A DNA stretch of 64,000 nt from a virus. The notes beneath the pieces are model-generated. The model was not told the DNA's origin, did no database searches, and saw only the letters and a program-made list of their open reading frames with translations. Position 1 is the first letter of the stretch. Each line of letters starts with the position of its first letter. Where the stretch lies: positions 96,001-160,000 of IMG/VR virus record IMGVR_UViG_3300042389_001478; one strand, given 5' to 3'. This document shows, piece by piece, positions 1-10,947 of this stretch. The position numbers and the translations under genes were made by a program.

Positions 1-856
1 ATTAACCCCTCCAGAAAATAAGAATTTTATGCAATTGCCTTACTCTGATAATATCAACAAGAGATACTCCGCATACGATCTTAAATTAGTCGAGTTTTCA
101 CAGTCCCACCCGAATCTAAATATTGATCAAAATTTTGCTGTGGCTAATAATATGAAATTTTTTGGTTTGCGTGGTCCTCTTATGGTCCATGGTTGGGGGT
201 ACGACCTAGAGGGATATCCTGTACCAAATTCATCTGGAGAACCAAAGATAGAGAATGGGCAAATCGTTAGGGATACAGCAGGAAATATTATATATAAAAA
301 TCAAGAGCTTCAATTTGATGGAACATGGACAAAGCCATATAAAGAAAATACTTTCTATAAGGGATGGGGTCAGTTGCCTGGCACCTGGCCTGTGGGTCCA
401 GTTGATCTCAGATGGGATGCTAAGGCCGGGGTATGGACAGTAGGAGCAAACTATAAGTCCGTTTGGATTCAAATTGAAACTGATTTGATAGAGAACCAGC
501 CGGTTAGAGGCGTTATGGTTGAGGATGCTTCAAATGAAGTGCTTCCAGATGGTTTAAGAAAATTAGTTTTTGTAAAAGACAACCTAGGCATTAACCCGGC
601 ACCTAGAGGAGCTCAAATATATTGTAGATATGATAGTCAAAACGGATTTTATGAACCGATCTATAATAAGCCATACATCACTTCGGGTATTATACAAAAC
701 GCAACAGCTGCGAATATTTATAAAATCTACGATACATCATTAAGCAGATATAGCACAACATATAAAAATCCTTTAGGTTTTAATGTCTCTAATGGTGATA
801 TTGGATTATTTATTTTTATGGATAAGAACTGGACACTACAATCTGTTAGGTCTTAA
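1..856 (+). CDS. 5'-truncated putative virion/tail-associated protein
   Basis: Frame is open from nt 2 (LTPPENKNF-M...), so the gene begins before the window. Motifs GPLMVHGWGYDLEGYPVPN and WPVGPVDLRWD. Directly upstream of the giant ORF; function inferred from context only. Confidence 0.5.
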   Translation, partial: LTPPENKNFMQLPYSDNINKRYSAYDLKLVEFSQSHPNLNIDQNFAVANNMKFFGLRGPLMVHGWGYDLEGYPVPNSSGEPKIENGQIVRDTAGNIIYKNQELQFDGTWTKPYKENTFYKGWGQLPGTWPVGPVDLRWDAKAGVWTVGANYKSVWIQIETDLIENQPVRGVMVEDASNEVLPDGLRKLVFVKDNLGINPAPRGAQIYCRYDSQNGFYEPIYNKPYITSGIIQNATAANIYKIYDTSLSRYSTTYKNPLGFNVSNGDIGLFIFMDKNWTLQSVRS

Positions 857-858
857 TT

Positions 859-3800
859 ATGGGATGTAACTTATATAAAAAGCCTTTTTTATTTGATGTA
901 GACTATAATCAATTTAATATTGATATTTCTAAATTAAGAGATTTAATTCCTAGGTTTGATCCAGCCACTAGTGGTCTTTGGTTTCCTGTTATTGTTAAAT
1001 CTAGTCAATCAAATACTAGTAAAGTAGACCCATTAATACCAGCACGAAGCAATGTTGTCAGCGCATCTTTTGATCCTACCAATTGTATTCCTGATACGAC
1101 CAAGGACTACGATCAGCTAGAATCAGACCCCATAGTTAATTGCCAGTACTGTTCTGTAAAAGAACCAAACTATCAGAAACAATGGCAGTTAAAAGATACA
1201 GAAGGGAATGTTAGACAGACAAGGAACGGAGACCTCCCTCTTGAAGATCAATATATTTATTCGAATTGTTGCAACGGAGCTTGTGACACCAGAATGAAAA
1301 AAGACGATTATATTCCTAAAATTCCTTTTATTAATCAAAATTATATTACTTCATTTTCTGATTTTAAATATTTAAATCAATTTCCTGCAACCAACAATCC
1401 TGGCTTGGGATTTGAGGACTTTATTACGCTAAATGAAAATGGATTATCAAGTTTTAATATCTCTCCATCTCTTATTATTGACTGGAAACTAAGAGAAACT
1501 ATTTCTGAAATACCCTACGACGAATTAACCTCTCAACATGCTAATATAGAACAGCACAATAAATCATTTAATAAGTCATTAAATACTAATAGAACTTGTG
1601 GAAATTTTATATTAACACAAATTAATCCAGCTGTTCAGGATATACATCCTGCTTATCCTATATTTTCTGGACTTATTGGAGACTCAGATCAATCAAGGGT
1701 CACTCTTCCACTAGGTCAGCTATTGCCAGTCGCCTCTAATTTTACTAATCCTTATGGTTTTTCTAAAAACACATATGATAATATATTTATCCACAATGAA
1801 AAATTGGGGTCTCACTGGAAATGGAATTATAGCTCTGGTGTTTTATGCTGGTACAGATATTTTGATACTAATTTAACAAACGACCCTCGCCCTATAAGGG
1901 GTATCGATTTATATATTTCTCCTGGAGATGTCTTTTTTGCTACTAACGATGGACCAGAACCGCTACCTGTTGCCTATGATGTAAATAGGGTGGACATAAA
2001 ACCATGTCCATCTGGAATAAAATTATTAAAGAATGGCTCTGTTGCTGGCGTTATACCTAGTGGATCAAACTTTACTTATATTTCTAGTAATATTTATAAC
2101 AAATTTATAGAATTATACGAGAGAATTAGCGAAGCAGATATTTTGGATGAAACTAATATGACACCAAAAGCTAGATTTGACTTGGCGGCCTTAATGTCCA
2201 CAGCCCCCGAGTATGATGAGATCACTGTAGATCTTTTAAAAAGAAATAGATCATATGAATATAATATAAACCAATATAAGCAGATAACTGAGCTAAATAA
2301 GGATATGACCACTAGCAAGATTGGTTCAGTATCTAAGCTAAATTTTATTGCAGACAAAGAAAGTTTAATTAATACTTTGGCAGATAAGTACGGGTGTTAT
2401 CTTTGGTTTCCTCCAGGCTCTAATAGTGAGGCCAGGACGACCACCCTTAAGTTGAGTAATAAAATTAAAAGTCAATGCCTCATAGACCTTGAGTTTGATG
2501 TTGTCTTCGATCATGAAGATACACAATTCGCTCTTGGTGCTTCATGCGACACAACGATAGACTGTGATGACAATATTTTTATAAAATCATTTGTGTATAA
2601 TCAACAATTTTCTTTAGGTAATATAAAAGTTAATACCGAAGTAGATACTAGTACCAGATATGCTACAAAATGTGCTGAAAAGGGAATAGTCAAGACTAAA
2701 TCCGCAAAAACAGCAGGAATATTTTTAAACAATGGACTAATTAAGGAAATAATCTATAATAGTGGCTGTTCAGTTTTCCAAGATAATTATCCTAGAATTA
2801 TAACAGATAGTACTCCTAATACTAGCTATTGTTCTGAGTGCGGAAGCGAGTCCAGCTATAAGCTGCCAAATGTACAAAGCGATAATATCTGTAGGGGTTA
2901 TTCTGGTGACCAAAGCTGGTGCGATGCTACACTAGCCAGATTCTATAATAACAGCGAAGGTCAAAACATAACAGGAGATAGACTATCCAGATCGATTTTG
3001 GACGGAACATTATATTTTAAGAGAACATACCCAGTAAATACATTTAATCCTCATATTGATAGACTAGCATTTCATAGTCAAGGTGGTCTTTATTATGTTT
3101 CAAATATTTTAGGAGGCATCAGCGGAACCACTATTTTTGCTAAAAATGCTTCTCAATTATTTACTGGTTCTGATGGAGACCAACTATCTATTTCTTTTAC
3201 CAATAAGAATGTTGGAATTAAACTATTTAATATTTCTATTCAAAAACTTAGAAGCTCATCAAGCGATACCTATGATTGCAAAGCTTTTCCTGTCAAAGAC
3301 TCATGTCAATGTTTTAATCTAAGCACTTTTGCAGACTATCCGTCTAAGTGTGGAGATGGAGCAATTACATACACAAACAACCCCATATTATATACTCCTG
3401 GTCTTTCTACTAATAATAGCCCTAGACTCAAAGCATATGGAGGATATTCTCTAGAAAAAATTGCAGAATTATTGGGTGGCGCTGATATAGTAGAAAATAT
3501 ATCCAGAACAGAACAACAAATTCTTGCTACTAAGAAAAAAATAGCTCTTACTGTAGATCCGGATACTTTGTCTACATTAAATAATACGCTTAGTGAACTA
3601 TTAAGAGAACTATCTGGACTTAGAGAGTCTTTATCTTTAACGTCAAGAATACCAAATCATCCAGCACCTGGGTCTTTATTGTCTCCTGTCAACACCAAAA
3701 TTGATCCATTAAATCCATATGGGTGTGAGAAGTCTGTTACTATCACATTAAATAATTATGTTGCAACTAATTGGACGGTGCTTTTGCCGTCCTATAATAC

Positions 3801-6800
3801 TATACATGCTGATGTTTGGGCAGAAGTTCTTGAAAATGTTAATTTATTTAAGTCTAATGTGTTTAGTGTAGATTTTGATAGTGGAGATATAGTATCGACA
3901 CCTAATCAAGGATATCAGAGATTCACTACTAAAGTTGTTTTAAATGAAAACATTACGATATATGATCAACAAAAAAAGGCGATTATTAACAAGGGAGGTG
4001 GACAAGCTTCTTCGGTAGTTATAGACTTGGTTAACCCATTTTTATCTGCCTTAATAGGACGAAGAGATGACGGTAATGATTTTTGTCTTTATCCACCAGC
4101 TGGGTCGTTGTGTGATACAAATAATGTTTTTGCTACTAGAGGCGATGAAATATCTAGCATTCCAATTAAATTTAGTAGAATTCCAAGAAAACAAATTTTA
4201 AATTTTTCTATACCAGCATATACCGCTATGGGAAATCTAAAAAGAGGCTTTTTCCATCCGAATAGTGGGTTGTCTTTTAATAGAGAATATTTTAATTTAT
4301 CACCAATTATTCAGGATAGGAGTAAGCATACTTCATATATAGATTACGAAAAAGAAGTCTTCAACCCAGAAGCATCATATGGAAATGGTTTGGTTTTAAT
4401 TGGAGAATTAAATAGCGATATCGAGCGAGTCTTAACGCAAGTTAATAATTTTTCAGATCACAGAAAACTCAGACTATATTTAAAGCTTGGTGACGGCTGG
4501 TATATGTATAATAATCCAAATAGTTTTGGATTTTTTAATAAAGAACAATTGTATGTTGGTGAACCATTTATGTTTGAATATTTATCTTCAGAAGATAAAT
4601 CAACAATACAAGGACCATGGACACAAACCTGCGCTAAAGAGCCCATAGAATTCGATTTTCTATATAATTATCGCCCCACCGGAACTAGTATATTAGACTA
4701 TAATACCAACAAATATCCATTATACATTGCATCTGTTAGTAAAAACCCAAATAAACAAGATACTGTTATGCTAGATGGAGCTAGACCATATTTTTATATC
4801 GGAGAAAAAGAGAATGTAGTAGTATCTAACAGTAGCTCAATCGAGGGATTGGACTCAGTAGAACAAGACCTAATCTCCACTACGAACCCAGTTGTTTTAT
4901 TAACTAATGGAGATAGATGGAAATATTTAGGGGGAAGTAAAACAAGCCTATCGTCTTATGAATTAACAGACTATAATTATTTATATAGTAATTTTAGCAG
5001 TTTACATATTGACTATGCCTTAAAAAGTAAAAAAGGATATGTATATAACACTAAAATGTTTTGTGACCAAGACGTGACAATAGTTAATAAAGCAAATCCA
5101 AAACAAAAATATACAAGTAAAATTATAGAAAAATCTATTTATTCTTTTGCTGTTGATCAATATGGAAACTCTCTGGATGCTGATTCTATAAATCCCGGAA
5201 AATATATCAAAATTTACACTAGATTAAAACTAGACAAAAAACTTAAATATGATAATGCATACCTGGATTTCTCGACCCTATATAATAATTTTCAAACACT
5301 AAACGGTATTGATTCTTTTATAGTTTATAGAGATTTTAAACCTCTCCTTAAAAATGAGACGGATGAACTTTTACGAAATTCTTTGTTTTCTACCAAATGG
5401 GGAGATGTTATTGAGTTTGACAATAGGCTTAGCTCTGAATTAAATCAATATATTAGTTCTGCTGCTTATATTAATAATAATTATCCATATTCTTTATATG
5501 ATAATTTATTTTATAAAATAATTATTAACAATACTAATATTGAAAAATTTAATTATATTATTAAGCCCAAAAATAATTCCGACATACAAGTATCATATGA
5601 CGGCCCAGTATACTACACTCTTCATCAAAAATATAATATCGGATCAAATAATTATTTGACAAAATCTGATTTTCATAGTCAGGACAATTATTTGCCTTTG
5701 ATAGATATCAATTTTATACCCACACCAGGAACAAACTCACAGTCAGTAAGAGGTCAGATATCACAGCAACTGAGCTCGTTGCAAAATCAGAGCCTATTAA
5801 ATGGAAAAATTATTATTAGCGGAGCATATAAGAACTTAGCCCCAGACCATGAATGGGGTGATTTTAAATCGCCGAATGATACAAGATATTTTTGGATCAA
5901 TATGAACCCAAGTAATAAGTTAAAATCTGCTCTTTCATTTACCAGCGAGACTCATTTTTACTCAAACACCTTAAGAGTAGACGACCCCCCATTTACATTA
6001 TCTTCCTTAAATAGCTCTATGCAATTTGGTCAATCTAATTGCTTCAGATCGTTTACTGCTTCACTTCCAAATTATAATAATTTAACTATTAGCTCTAATA
6101 ATTTAAATTTTACAAACTTTAATACTAATATATTTCAGACAGATGTTTTTGCAAGATATCCTATATATTGTGATACTGATACTGTTGGTAATTGTGCCAG
6201 TCAATTATGTGGCATTAATACTGCTGGGTGGACAACAGTAAAGGCGGATTATACAACATATACAGAAAAAGAACCAGATATTAGTAGTATTTTATCTAAT
6301 AGTATTCCTTTTATGTTGTCATATGATGCTGGCTTATATAATATTGTTGGTAATACTGGTATCAAATATATTCAAAGATTCGAACTAGAACCTAATAACA
6401 TACTATATCCCGAATCAGCTTGCGATAGTTCTGTGGGGCCAAGGCCAGCGGCAGCAAGATATTCAGTATTAAACAGCGAGTATCAGTCTTTGTTGTCTAA
6501 TAGTATTGTAAACGACCACACCAGCGTTGTTACTAATACAGATATATTAGCTAATGAAATGTTGTTTAGGTTGCTATATGGAGAACAACAACGAATTAAT
6601 TTAGACAGGATTGACGGATCAAGAGATAGAGTTACCTTAACTGATTTATTAAAGTATAGTTATCCCAAAGTAGAAGCAAAAGACGTATATAAAAATATAC
6701 CATATGATTTAGATATTGATGCCGATATTTCTAATCGTAAAACTACTGGGTCCATATCTATAGATGGCATCTTAGCAGTAGGAAAAAATATAACTATTAC

Positions 6801-9141
6801 TATAAATAATTTAGATATTAATATTAAAATATCAAGAGTGAACGGCAAGATTAAAGCAATAGCAAGTATTTCTGGTCATGACAGCTTAGAATCAATTCTA
6901 TATTCAGAAGAGGATATTTATACCACCCCCTTTGTTTCTACTCAGCCTGTTTTTCCGGCAAATGAAGATGAATACTTTGATGATCCGATACTATGTAAAG
7001 AACGACAACAAGTGAGTATTAATCTAAGTAGTAAGATTGTAAAAGCCACTATTAAAAATAGGGCATGCGATGGAACAGATGTGGAGTTTCCATACTGGAA
7101 AGCTTCGGATAATCCAAATGGTAGGCCATGTAATCCGAATGGACTTGGCGACAACATTTGGGGAGCATGCTTACCGGAGCGAGTTCACCTGGGCTGGGGA
7201 AATTATATTGATATTCGCCCAGAAGATAGGGGTCATCCAGGAATAGCTTTTGTTAATGTTGGAGGGTGTGCTGGCACAGCAACAACGCCATATAACGCAT
7301 GTACTAATCGAGGGGTTGGCGAAACACAAATACCAAATGGATGCTCGATTATAGCTGCTCCAAAGAATCCTTTTAAGGCTACCCTCAGATCTAATGGAGT
7401 ATCTAGAGGGGTTATGTATGGTTGTCATATTAATGGAGGAACTGCAACAACCCAATACGATTTAGCATATACCAATGAAGGAGGGATAGAAAGCTTTATT
7501 AGCACCAGCCTTATAGACGGTGTACGAGGTTTATCATTAAATCCCAGATACGAATCCTCAGACTGCGGCACTTGTTTTAGTTTAAATGCTAGTAGTTGGA
7601 ATAATATTCCGATATACAATAGTCTAGGTAGAGATTGGCCAGTTGTCCCCGTAACAACAAATGACGCATGTGAATGCTCCGATTACACTTATGGATACTG
7701 TAGAAGTTCTGAGAATATTCAAGGATGTGCTTGTAAATCTTTAAATTATGAGTATGCTGATTTCGATTATAATTTTGAGTATTGTAGACACTCTATCAAG
7801 CTCAAAGGATTTAAGAGAAAGCTTACAGGATATCTAAAAGATCCTAAAATGATTATTGATGATCCTCCAGATTTTGGTGGTAGAGTTGCCCCAACCACCT
7901 TAGCTAGTGGTGATATAGACAACTTAAAGATTGAAGAAGAGTGTGTGTGGTATTCTTGTCCATTGACTAATCCGATAACTTATTATGTGTATAATAGACA
8001 AAATATAATTCGTCGCAGCGCATATGCCACCAATTGTCCAACGCGTTTATGTGATATAACCTATAATAATAATAGTACTACAATAGTATTATCTGGAGCG
8101 AATGGGTTGATATCCAGATGTATTAAGAATAGTCTTGGAAGCGATTGTCCAAAAATAAGGGTGGTTGTTCCTGATGATAGTTTTAAGGTTGTTGACTCAA
8201 TTAATAGCTCATGCGACATTTGCGGATCAGAAACCGATGAAGCTATCATGATAGATCAGCATCCAGCTTGGGATATTATTACCGAGACGAGAACATGTGT
8301 CTTAGGGTATTTATTACAAAATAATCCTAATACAAATGGTCCGGTAGGAATTGGCGGATGTCAAACAATTCCTTGTGATATTTGTCTGGCATGTCCTGAT
8401 GCTAATAGCTGTAATGGCTGGTCTAGTACTCATTGTGGCCGGGGTTTGTGTGGAAAGTCCGCGCCGGAGTCTTTCCCGTGGCATGTTTGTATAAATAAAA
8501 TAGGAGGAGGAAGCGTTGGAATACCAGGCAATACAGACGCTGTACGTCTTATTGGGGAATATTTTGGTGGCCAAAACCCAAATTATAATGGCAGGACACC
8601 CACAATTATAGGATGCGACATCCCCGTGAACTTTGATCTGGCTACTTCTGGAGCAGGTAACCGACTATTGAATTCTGAGTGGGAGTCCAATATGAAACAA
8701 GCTTATGATAATATTGCTGTGTGCAAGAACAATATAGACCGATATAGGATTGAAGATATTGTAGAAGGTGTTATTCCCGGTACTTGTGGTAAGTTAACTT
8801 TCACAGAATTAATTTATCCAGGCATTAAATATAGGTCTACTTTAGGAAGCATTTCTTCTCCAGCCATACCCGATGTTGAAGATATTGACATTATAGTAAG
8901 ACTGGCATATTATACATATCAATACAGAAGACCTAAAACTATTCAAGATATTTTAAAAGGAGTAGAAACTTCTATTAAATGCAACGAACAAGCCACCTCC
9001 TGCATGACATCTAATATTAGGCTATCTTCCGCATATAAAAGCATAGATTGCAATTCAACGCCAATTTGTTATAATACAGACGCATCAAGATGCGATAGTA
9101 CTAACAGGTGTTGTCAAGCAGGCAGGATTCAATATGAATAA
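859..9141 (+). CDS. Giant 2760-aa Cys/Asn-rich protein, putative tail/baseplate or fibre component
   Basis: Uninterrupted 8.3 kb ORF. Cys clusters at the N-terminus and in the C-terminal third, plus one heptad-like segment (RTEQQILATKKK...LRELSGLRESL). The CDS is certain; the function is inferred. Confidence 0.6.
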   Translation: MGCNLYKKPFLFDVDYNQFNIDISKLRDLIPRFDPATSGLWFPVIVKSSQSNTSKVDPLIPARSNVVSASFDPTNCIPDTTKDYDQLESDPIVNCQYCSVKEPNYQKQWQLKDTEGNVRQTRNGDLPLEDQYIYSNCCNGACDTRMKKDDYIPKIPFINQNYITSFSDFKYLNQFPATNNPGLGFEDFITLNENGLSSFNISPSLIIDWKLRETISEIPYDELTSQHANIEQHNKSFNKSLNTNRTCGNFILTQINPAVQDIHPAYPIFSGLIGDSDQSRVTLPLGQLLPVASNFTNPYGFSKNTYDNIFIHNEKLGSHWKWNYSSGVLCWYRYFDTNLTNDPRPIRGIDLYISPGDVFFATNDGPEPLPVAYDVNRVDIKPCPSGIKLLKNGSVAGVIPSGSNFTYISSNIYNKFIELYERISEADILDETNMTPKARFDLAALMSTAPEYDEITVDLLKRNRSYEYNINQYKQITELNKDMTTSKIGSVSKLNFIADKESLINTLADKYGCYLWFPPGSNSEARTTTLKLSNKIKSQCLIDLEFDVVFDHEDTQFALGASCDTTIDCDDNIFIKSFVYNQQFSLGNIKVNTEVDTSTRYATKCAEKGIVKTKSAKTAGIFLNNGLIKEIIYNSGCSVFQDNYPRIITDSTPNTSYCSECGSESSYKLPNVQSDNICRGYSGDQSWCDATLARFYNNSEGQNITGDRLSRSILDGTLYFKRTYPVNTFNPHIDRLAFHSQGGLYYVSNILGGISGTTIFAKNASQLFTGSDGDQLSISFTNKNVGIKLFNISIQKLRSSSSDTYDCKAFPVKDSCQCFNLSTFADYPSKCGDGAITYTNNPILYTPGLSTNNSPRLKAYGGYSLEKIAELLGGADIVENISRTEQQILATKKKIALTVDPDTLSTLNNTLSELLRELSGLRESLSLTSRIPNHPAPGSLLSPVNTKIDPLNPYGCEKSVTITLNNYVATNWTVLLPSYNTIHADVWAEVLENVNLFKSNVFSVDFDSGDIVSTPNQGYQRFTTKVVLNENITIYDQQKKAIINKGGGQASSVVIDLVNPFLSALIGRRDDGNDFCLYPPAGSLCDTNNVFATRGDEISSIPIKFSRIPRKQILNFSIPAYTAMGNLKRGFFHPNSGLSFNREYFNLSPIIQDRSKHTSYIDYEKEVFNPEASYGNGLVLIGELNSDIERVLTQVNNFSDHRKLRLYLKLGDGWYMYNNPNSFGFFNKEQLYVGEPFMFEYLSSEDKSTIQGPWTQTCAKEPIEFDFLYNYRPTGTSILDYNTNKYPLYIASVSKNPNKQDTVMLDGARPYFYIGEKENVVVSNSSSIEGLDSVEQDLISTTNPVVLLTNGDRWKYLGGSKTSLSSYELTDYNYLYSNFSSLHIDYALKSKKGYVYNTKMFCDQDVTIVNKANPKQKYTSKIIEKSIYSFAVDQYGNSLDADSINPGKYIKIYTRLKLDKKLKYDNAYLDFSTLYNNFQTLNGIDSFIVYRDFKPLLKNETDELLRNSLFSTKWGDVIEFDNRLSSELNQYISSAAYINNNYPYSLYDNLFYKIIINNTNIEKFNYIIKPKNNSDIQVSYDGPVYYTLHQKYNIGSNNYLTKSDFHSQDNYLPLIDINFIPTPGTNSQSVRGQISQQLSSLQNQSLLNGKIIISGAYKNLAPDHEWGDFKSPNDTRYFWINMNPSNKLKSALSFTSETHFYSNTLRVDDPPFTLSSLNSSMQFGQSNCFRSFTASLPNYNNLTISSNNLNFTNFNTNIFQTDVFARYPIYCDTDTVGNCASQLCGINTAGWTTVKADYTTYTEKEPDISSILSNSIPFMLSYDAGLYNIVGNTGIKYIQRFELEPNNILYPESACDSSVGPRPAAARYSVLNSEYQSLLSNSIVNDHTSVVTNTDILANEMLFRLLYGEQQRINLDRIDGSRDRVTLTDLLKYSYPKVEAKDVYKNIPYDLDIDADISNRKTTGSISIDGILAVGKNITITINNLDINIKISRVNGKIKAIASISGHDSLESILYSEEDIYTTPFVSTQPVFPANEDEYFDDPILCKERQQVSINLSSKIVKATIKNRACDGTDVEFPYWKASDNPNGRPCNPNGLGDNIWGACLPERVHLGWGNYIDIRPEDRGHPGIAFVNVGGCAGTATTPYNACTNRGVGETQIPNGCSIIAAPKNPFKATLRSNGVSRGVMYGCHINGGTATTQYDLAYTNEGGIESFISTSLIDGVRGLSLNPRYESSDCGTCFSLNASSWNNIPIYNSLGRDWPVVPVTTNDACECSDYTYGYCRSSENIQGCACKSLNYEYADFDYNFEYCRHSIKLKGFKRKLTGYLKDPKMIIDDPPDFGGRVAPTTLASGDIDNLKIEEECVWYSCPLTNPITYYVYNRQNIIRRSAYATNCPTRLCDITYNNNSTTIVLSGANGLISRCIKNSLGSDCPKIRVVVPDDSFKVVDSINSSCDICGSETDEAIMIDQHPAWDIITETRTCVLGYLLQNNPNTNGPVGIGGCQTIPCDICLACPDANSCNGWSSTHCGRGLCGKSAPESFPWHVCINKIGGGSVGIPGNTDAVRLIGEYFGGQNPNYNGRTPTIIGCDIPVNFDLATSGAGNRLLNSEWESNMKQAYDNIAVCKNNIDRYRIEDIVEGVIPGTCGKLTFTELIYPGIKYRSTLGSISSPAIPDVEDIDIIVRLAYYTYQYRRPKTIQDILKGVETSIKCNEQATSCMTSNIRLSSAYKSIDCNSTPICYNTDASRCDSTNRCCQAGRIQYE

Positions 9142-9625
9142 TGGAACATATTGCGACTTAAAACCACTCAATGCTTTTTTTAATAATAAGCCCCTTTATA
9201 AGTGCGATTATTGTGGATTAACGGTGGGCTTAGAGATACCTGACACCAAGATTTTATGCTTTAAAAAGATGGAAGACATAACAAATAAAATTCATCAATC
9301 TCATACTGGGCAAAGTCAGAACGCGGAACATATCTCAGGCAATCAAGATGTATCCAGCGTTATTTTGGACAAGATCGCAGAAGACAGCAAAGAGAAATAT
9401 TTAAGAGAGCAAGAGCAAAATCAGAAGCAGAACCAGCCCGATAATCTGTGCTCGCCTCAACAAATAGAAGAAAGATTAAAGGTTTGTAACTCTTGCGAAT
9501 ATTTCCAAAATAATTCTTGTTTATTGTGTGGTTGTACTGTTATTAGGGATGCTAATCATCAAAATAAATTAGCTCATAAAGACCAAAAATGTCCAGCAGA
9601 TAAGTGGGGGCCTATTGTGGATTAG
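9134..9625 (+). CDS. Small Cys-rich metal-binding protein
   Basis: CDYC near the N-terminus; CNSC-x6-CLLCGC...CPADKW near the C-terminus. Start overlaps the stop of the giant ORF. Confidence 0.65.
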   Translation: MNNGTYCDLKPLNAFFNNKPLYKCDYCGLTVGLEIPDTKILCFKKMEDITNKIHQSHTGQSQNAEHISGNQDVSSVILDKIAEDSKEKYLREQEQNQKQNQPDNLCSPQQIEERLKVCNSCEYFQNNSCLLCGCTVIRDANHQNKLAHKDQKCPADKWGPIVD

Positions 9626-10652
9626 GCTTATCTATATTAAGATCTTTGGTGGAAAAGCGTATAACTTGTTGTGGTTGCTGACCAAAAACCGCCATAGCTT
9701 TTATAGTTTTAGTCCCCTTGTTTGTCTTTATTAAGACAGTAACCGGCACGGAAGGTAATCCAGACCAATTTCTAAAGTTATGTATGCCAACAATAAAGTC
9801 TCCATCAGGAGATGATCCAAAAGGCCAGAAAACATTTTCAACAGCCCGAGCAGCCAAGTTAGCGGGGTGGGCATTCATATCAACATCCAACATCCCACCA
9901 TTAATACCTGCTCTATTCATCCACGAGATATAAGAAAACTGCCCAAACTTATCTTGAAACTTAACATGAAGATCAATATCGTCCACAGAATCCCAGGCTA
10001 AAGAAATCTGAACATCTCCAGTTTTAGCTCCAGCGCCCTGTAGTCTTTGTCTAATTTTAGCAACTTCCGTAGAATCCTCAGTATCTCCGATAACATTATC
10101 AGCCCCTAGGGTTCTTTGATTTCTAAAGGGCTGTTGATTGGGGAAAGGATTCCTATGGGTTGTTCTCGCTTCGATTCTATCAGTGGTTCTGATTAGTTGT
10201 TTTGAAACCTTCTCTTTTTCTTCTGAAACTATTACTCTATTCAGGTCTTCATTTGATACTAATTCTGTAATATCTTTTTCTCTAGAAGTTTCTTTCTCAA
10301 TTTCTGGAGACTGAATATCTGAGACTTCTACCGAGGAATCTATAGCATCATCGAGAAACGAAGTGTCCTGAGCTATTTCTTCATTTTGCTGCGTTTGTTC
10401 TATCTCTATTTCTGGAATATCTTCTAGGCTCACAGCATTATTGTCGCTAGCAGATGAGAAAGACAAAGATAGCTTTACTGTTTTAGTCTGCTCATTACTG
10501 AAAATGGTTAATGCCATAATCAAAAATAAGCAGGTGTGAATAATAGTGCTATGAATTATACCGGTTTGGTATAGCTGCATTATAGCAGAATCTATTTTGG
10601 CCTGAGTTGTTTTTAGCTTTTTTCTACCTGATTTTTTTGCCATTTGTGCCAA
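9612..10652 (-). CDS. Membrane-anchored protein with acidic linker and C-terminal YfaP/DUF2135-like domain
   Basis: Hydrophobic helix IIHSTIIHTCLFLIMALTIF and an acidic low-complexity linker, then GDVQISLAWDSVDDIDLHV...GGMLDVDMN...VENVFWP. Confidence 0.65.
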   Translation of the reverse strand: MAQMAKKSGRKKLKTTQAKIDSAIMQLYQTGIIHSTIIHTCLFLIMALTIFSNEQTKTVKLSLSFSSASDNNAVSLEDIPEIEIEQTQQNEEIAQDTSFLDDAIDSSVEVSDIQSPEIEKETSREKDITELVSNEDLNRVIVSEEKEKVSKQLIRTTDRIEARTTHRNPFPNQQPFRNQRTLGADNVIGDTEDSTEVAKIRQRLQGAGAKTGDVQISLAWDSVDDIDLHVKFQDKFGQFSYISWMNRAGINGGMLDVDMNAHPANLAARAVENVFWPFGSSPDGDFIVGIHNFRNWSGLPSVPVTVLIKTNKGTKTIKAMAVFGQQPQQVIRFSTKDLNIDKPNPQ

Positions 10653-10945
10653 CCATTATTTGGTAACCAATTGTTTTCTTCATCCTTACGTCTCGGGAAG
10701 AGCGTTCCGCCCTTTTTATGCTGGCCGAAGGCCAACACCGCGCCACAATCATTACATCTTAATTCATAGTAGTCGTTACCATCGACATTTCTTACTACAA
10801 ATTTCAAATTAGATTTACCACATAAGCCACACTTTTCTTCAGAAAAAATCTCCTGAATTAAGGCTAACTCCTTAAAGATTTCTTTTTGTCCAGCGCCTTC
10901 TAGCTCAAACGACAATCTTTCATTAGCCTTATATGTTGCTTTCAT
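10613..10945 (-). CDS. Hypothetical zinc-ribbon protein
   Basis: CGLC and CNDC pairs; tightly packed in the operon. Confidence 0.6.
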   Translation of the reverse strand: MKATYKANERLSFELEGAGQKEIFKELALIQEIFSEEKCGLCGKSNLKFVVRNVDGNDYYELRCNDCGAVLAFGQHKKGGTLFPRRKDEENNWLPNNGWHKWQKNQVEKS

Positions 10946-10947
10946 AG

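Noticed and set aside
9612-9625. Terminator at the convergent strand switch
   Set aside because: The two genes overlap by 14 nt and no stem-loop with a U-tract is visible.
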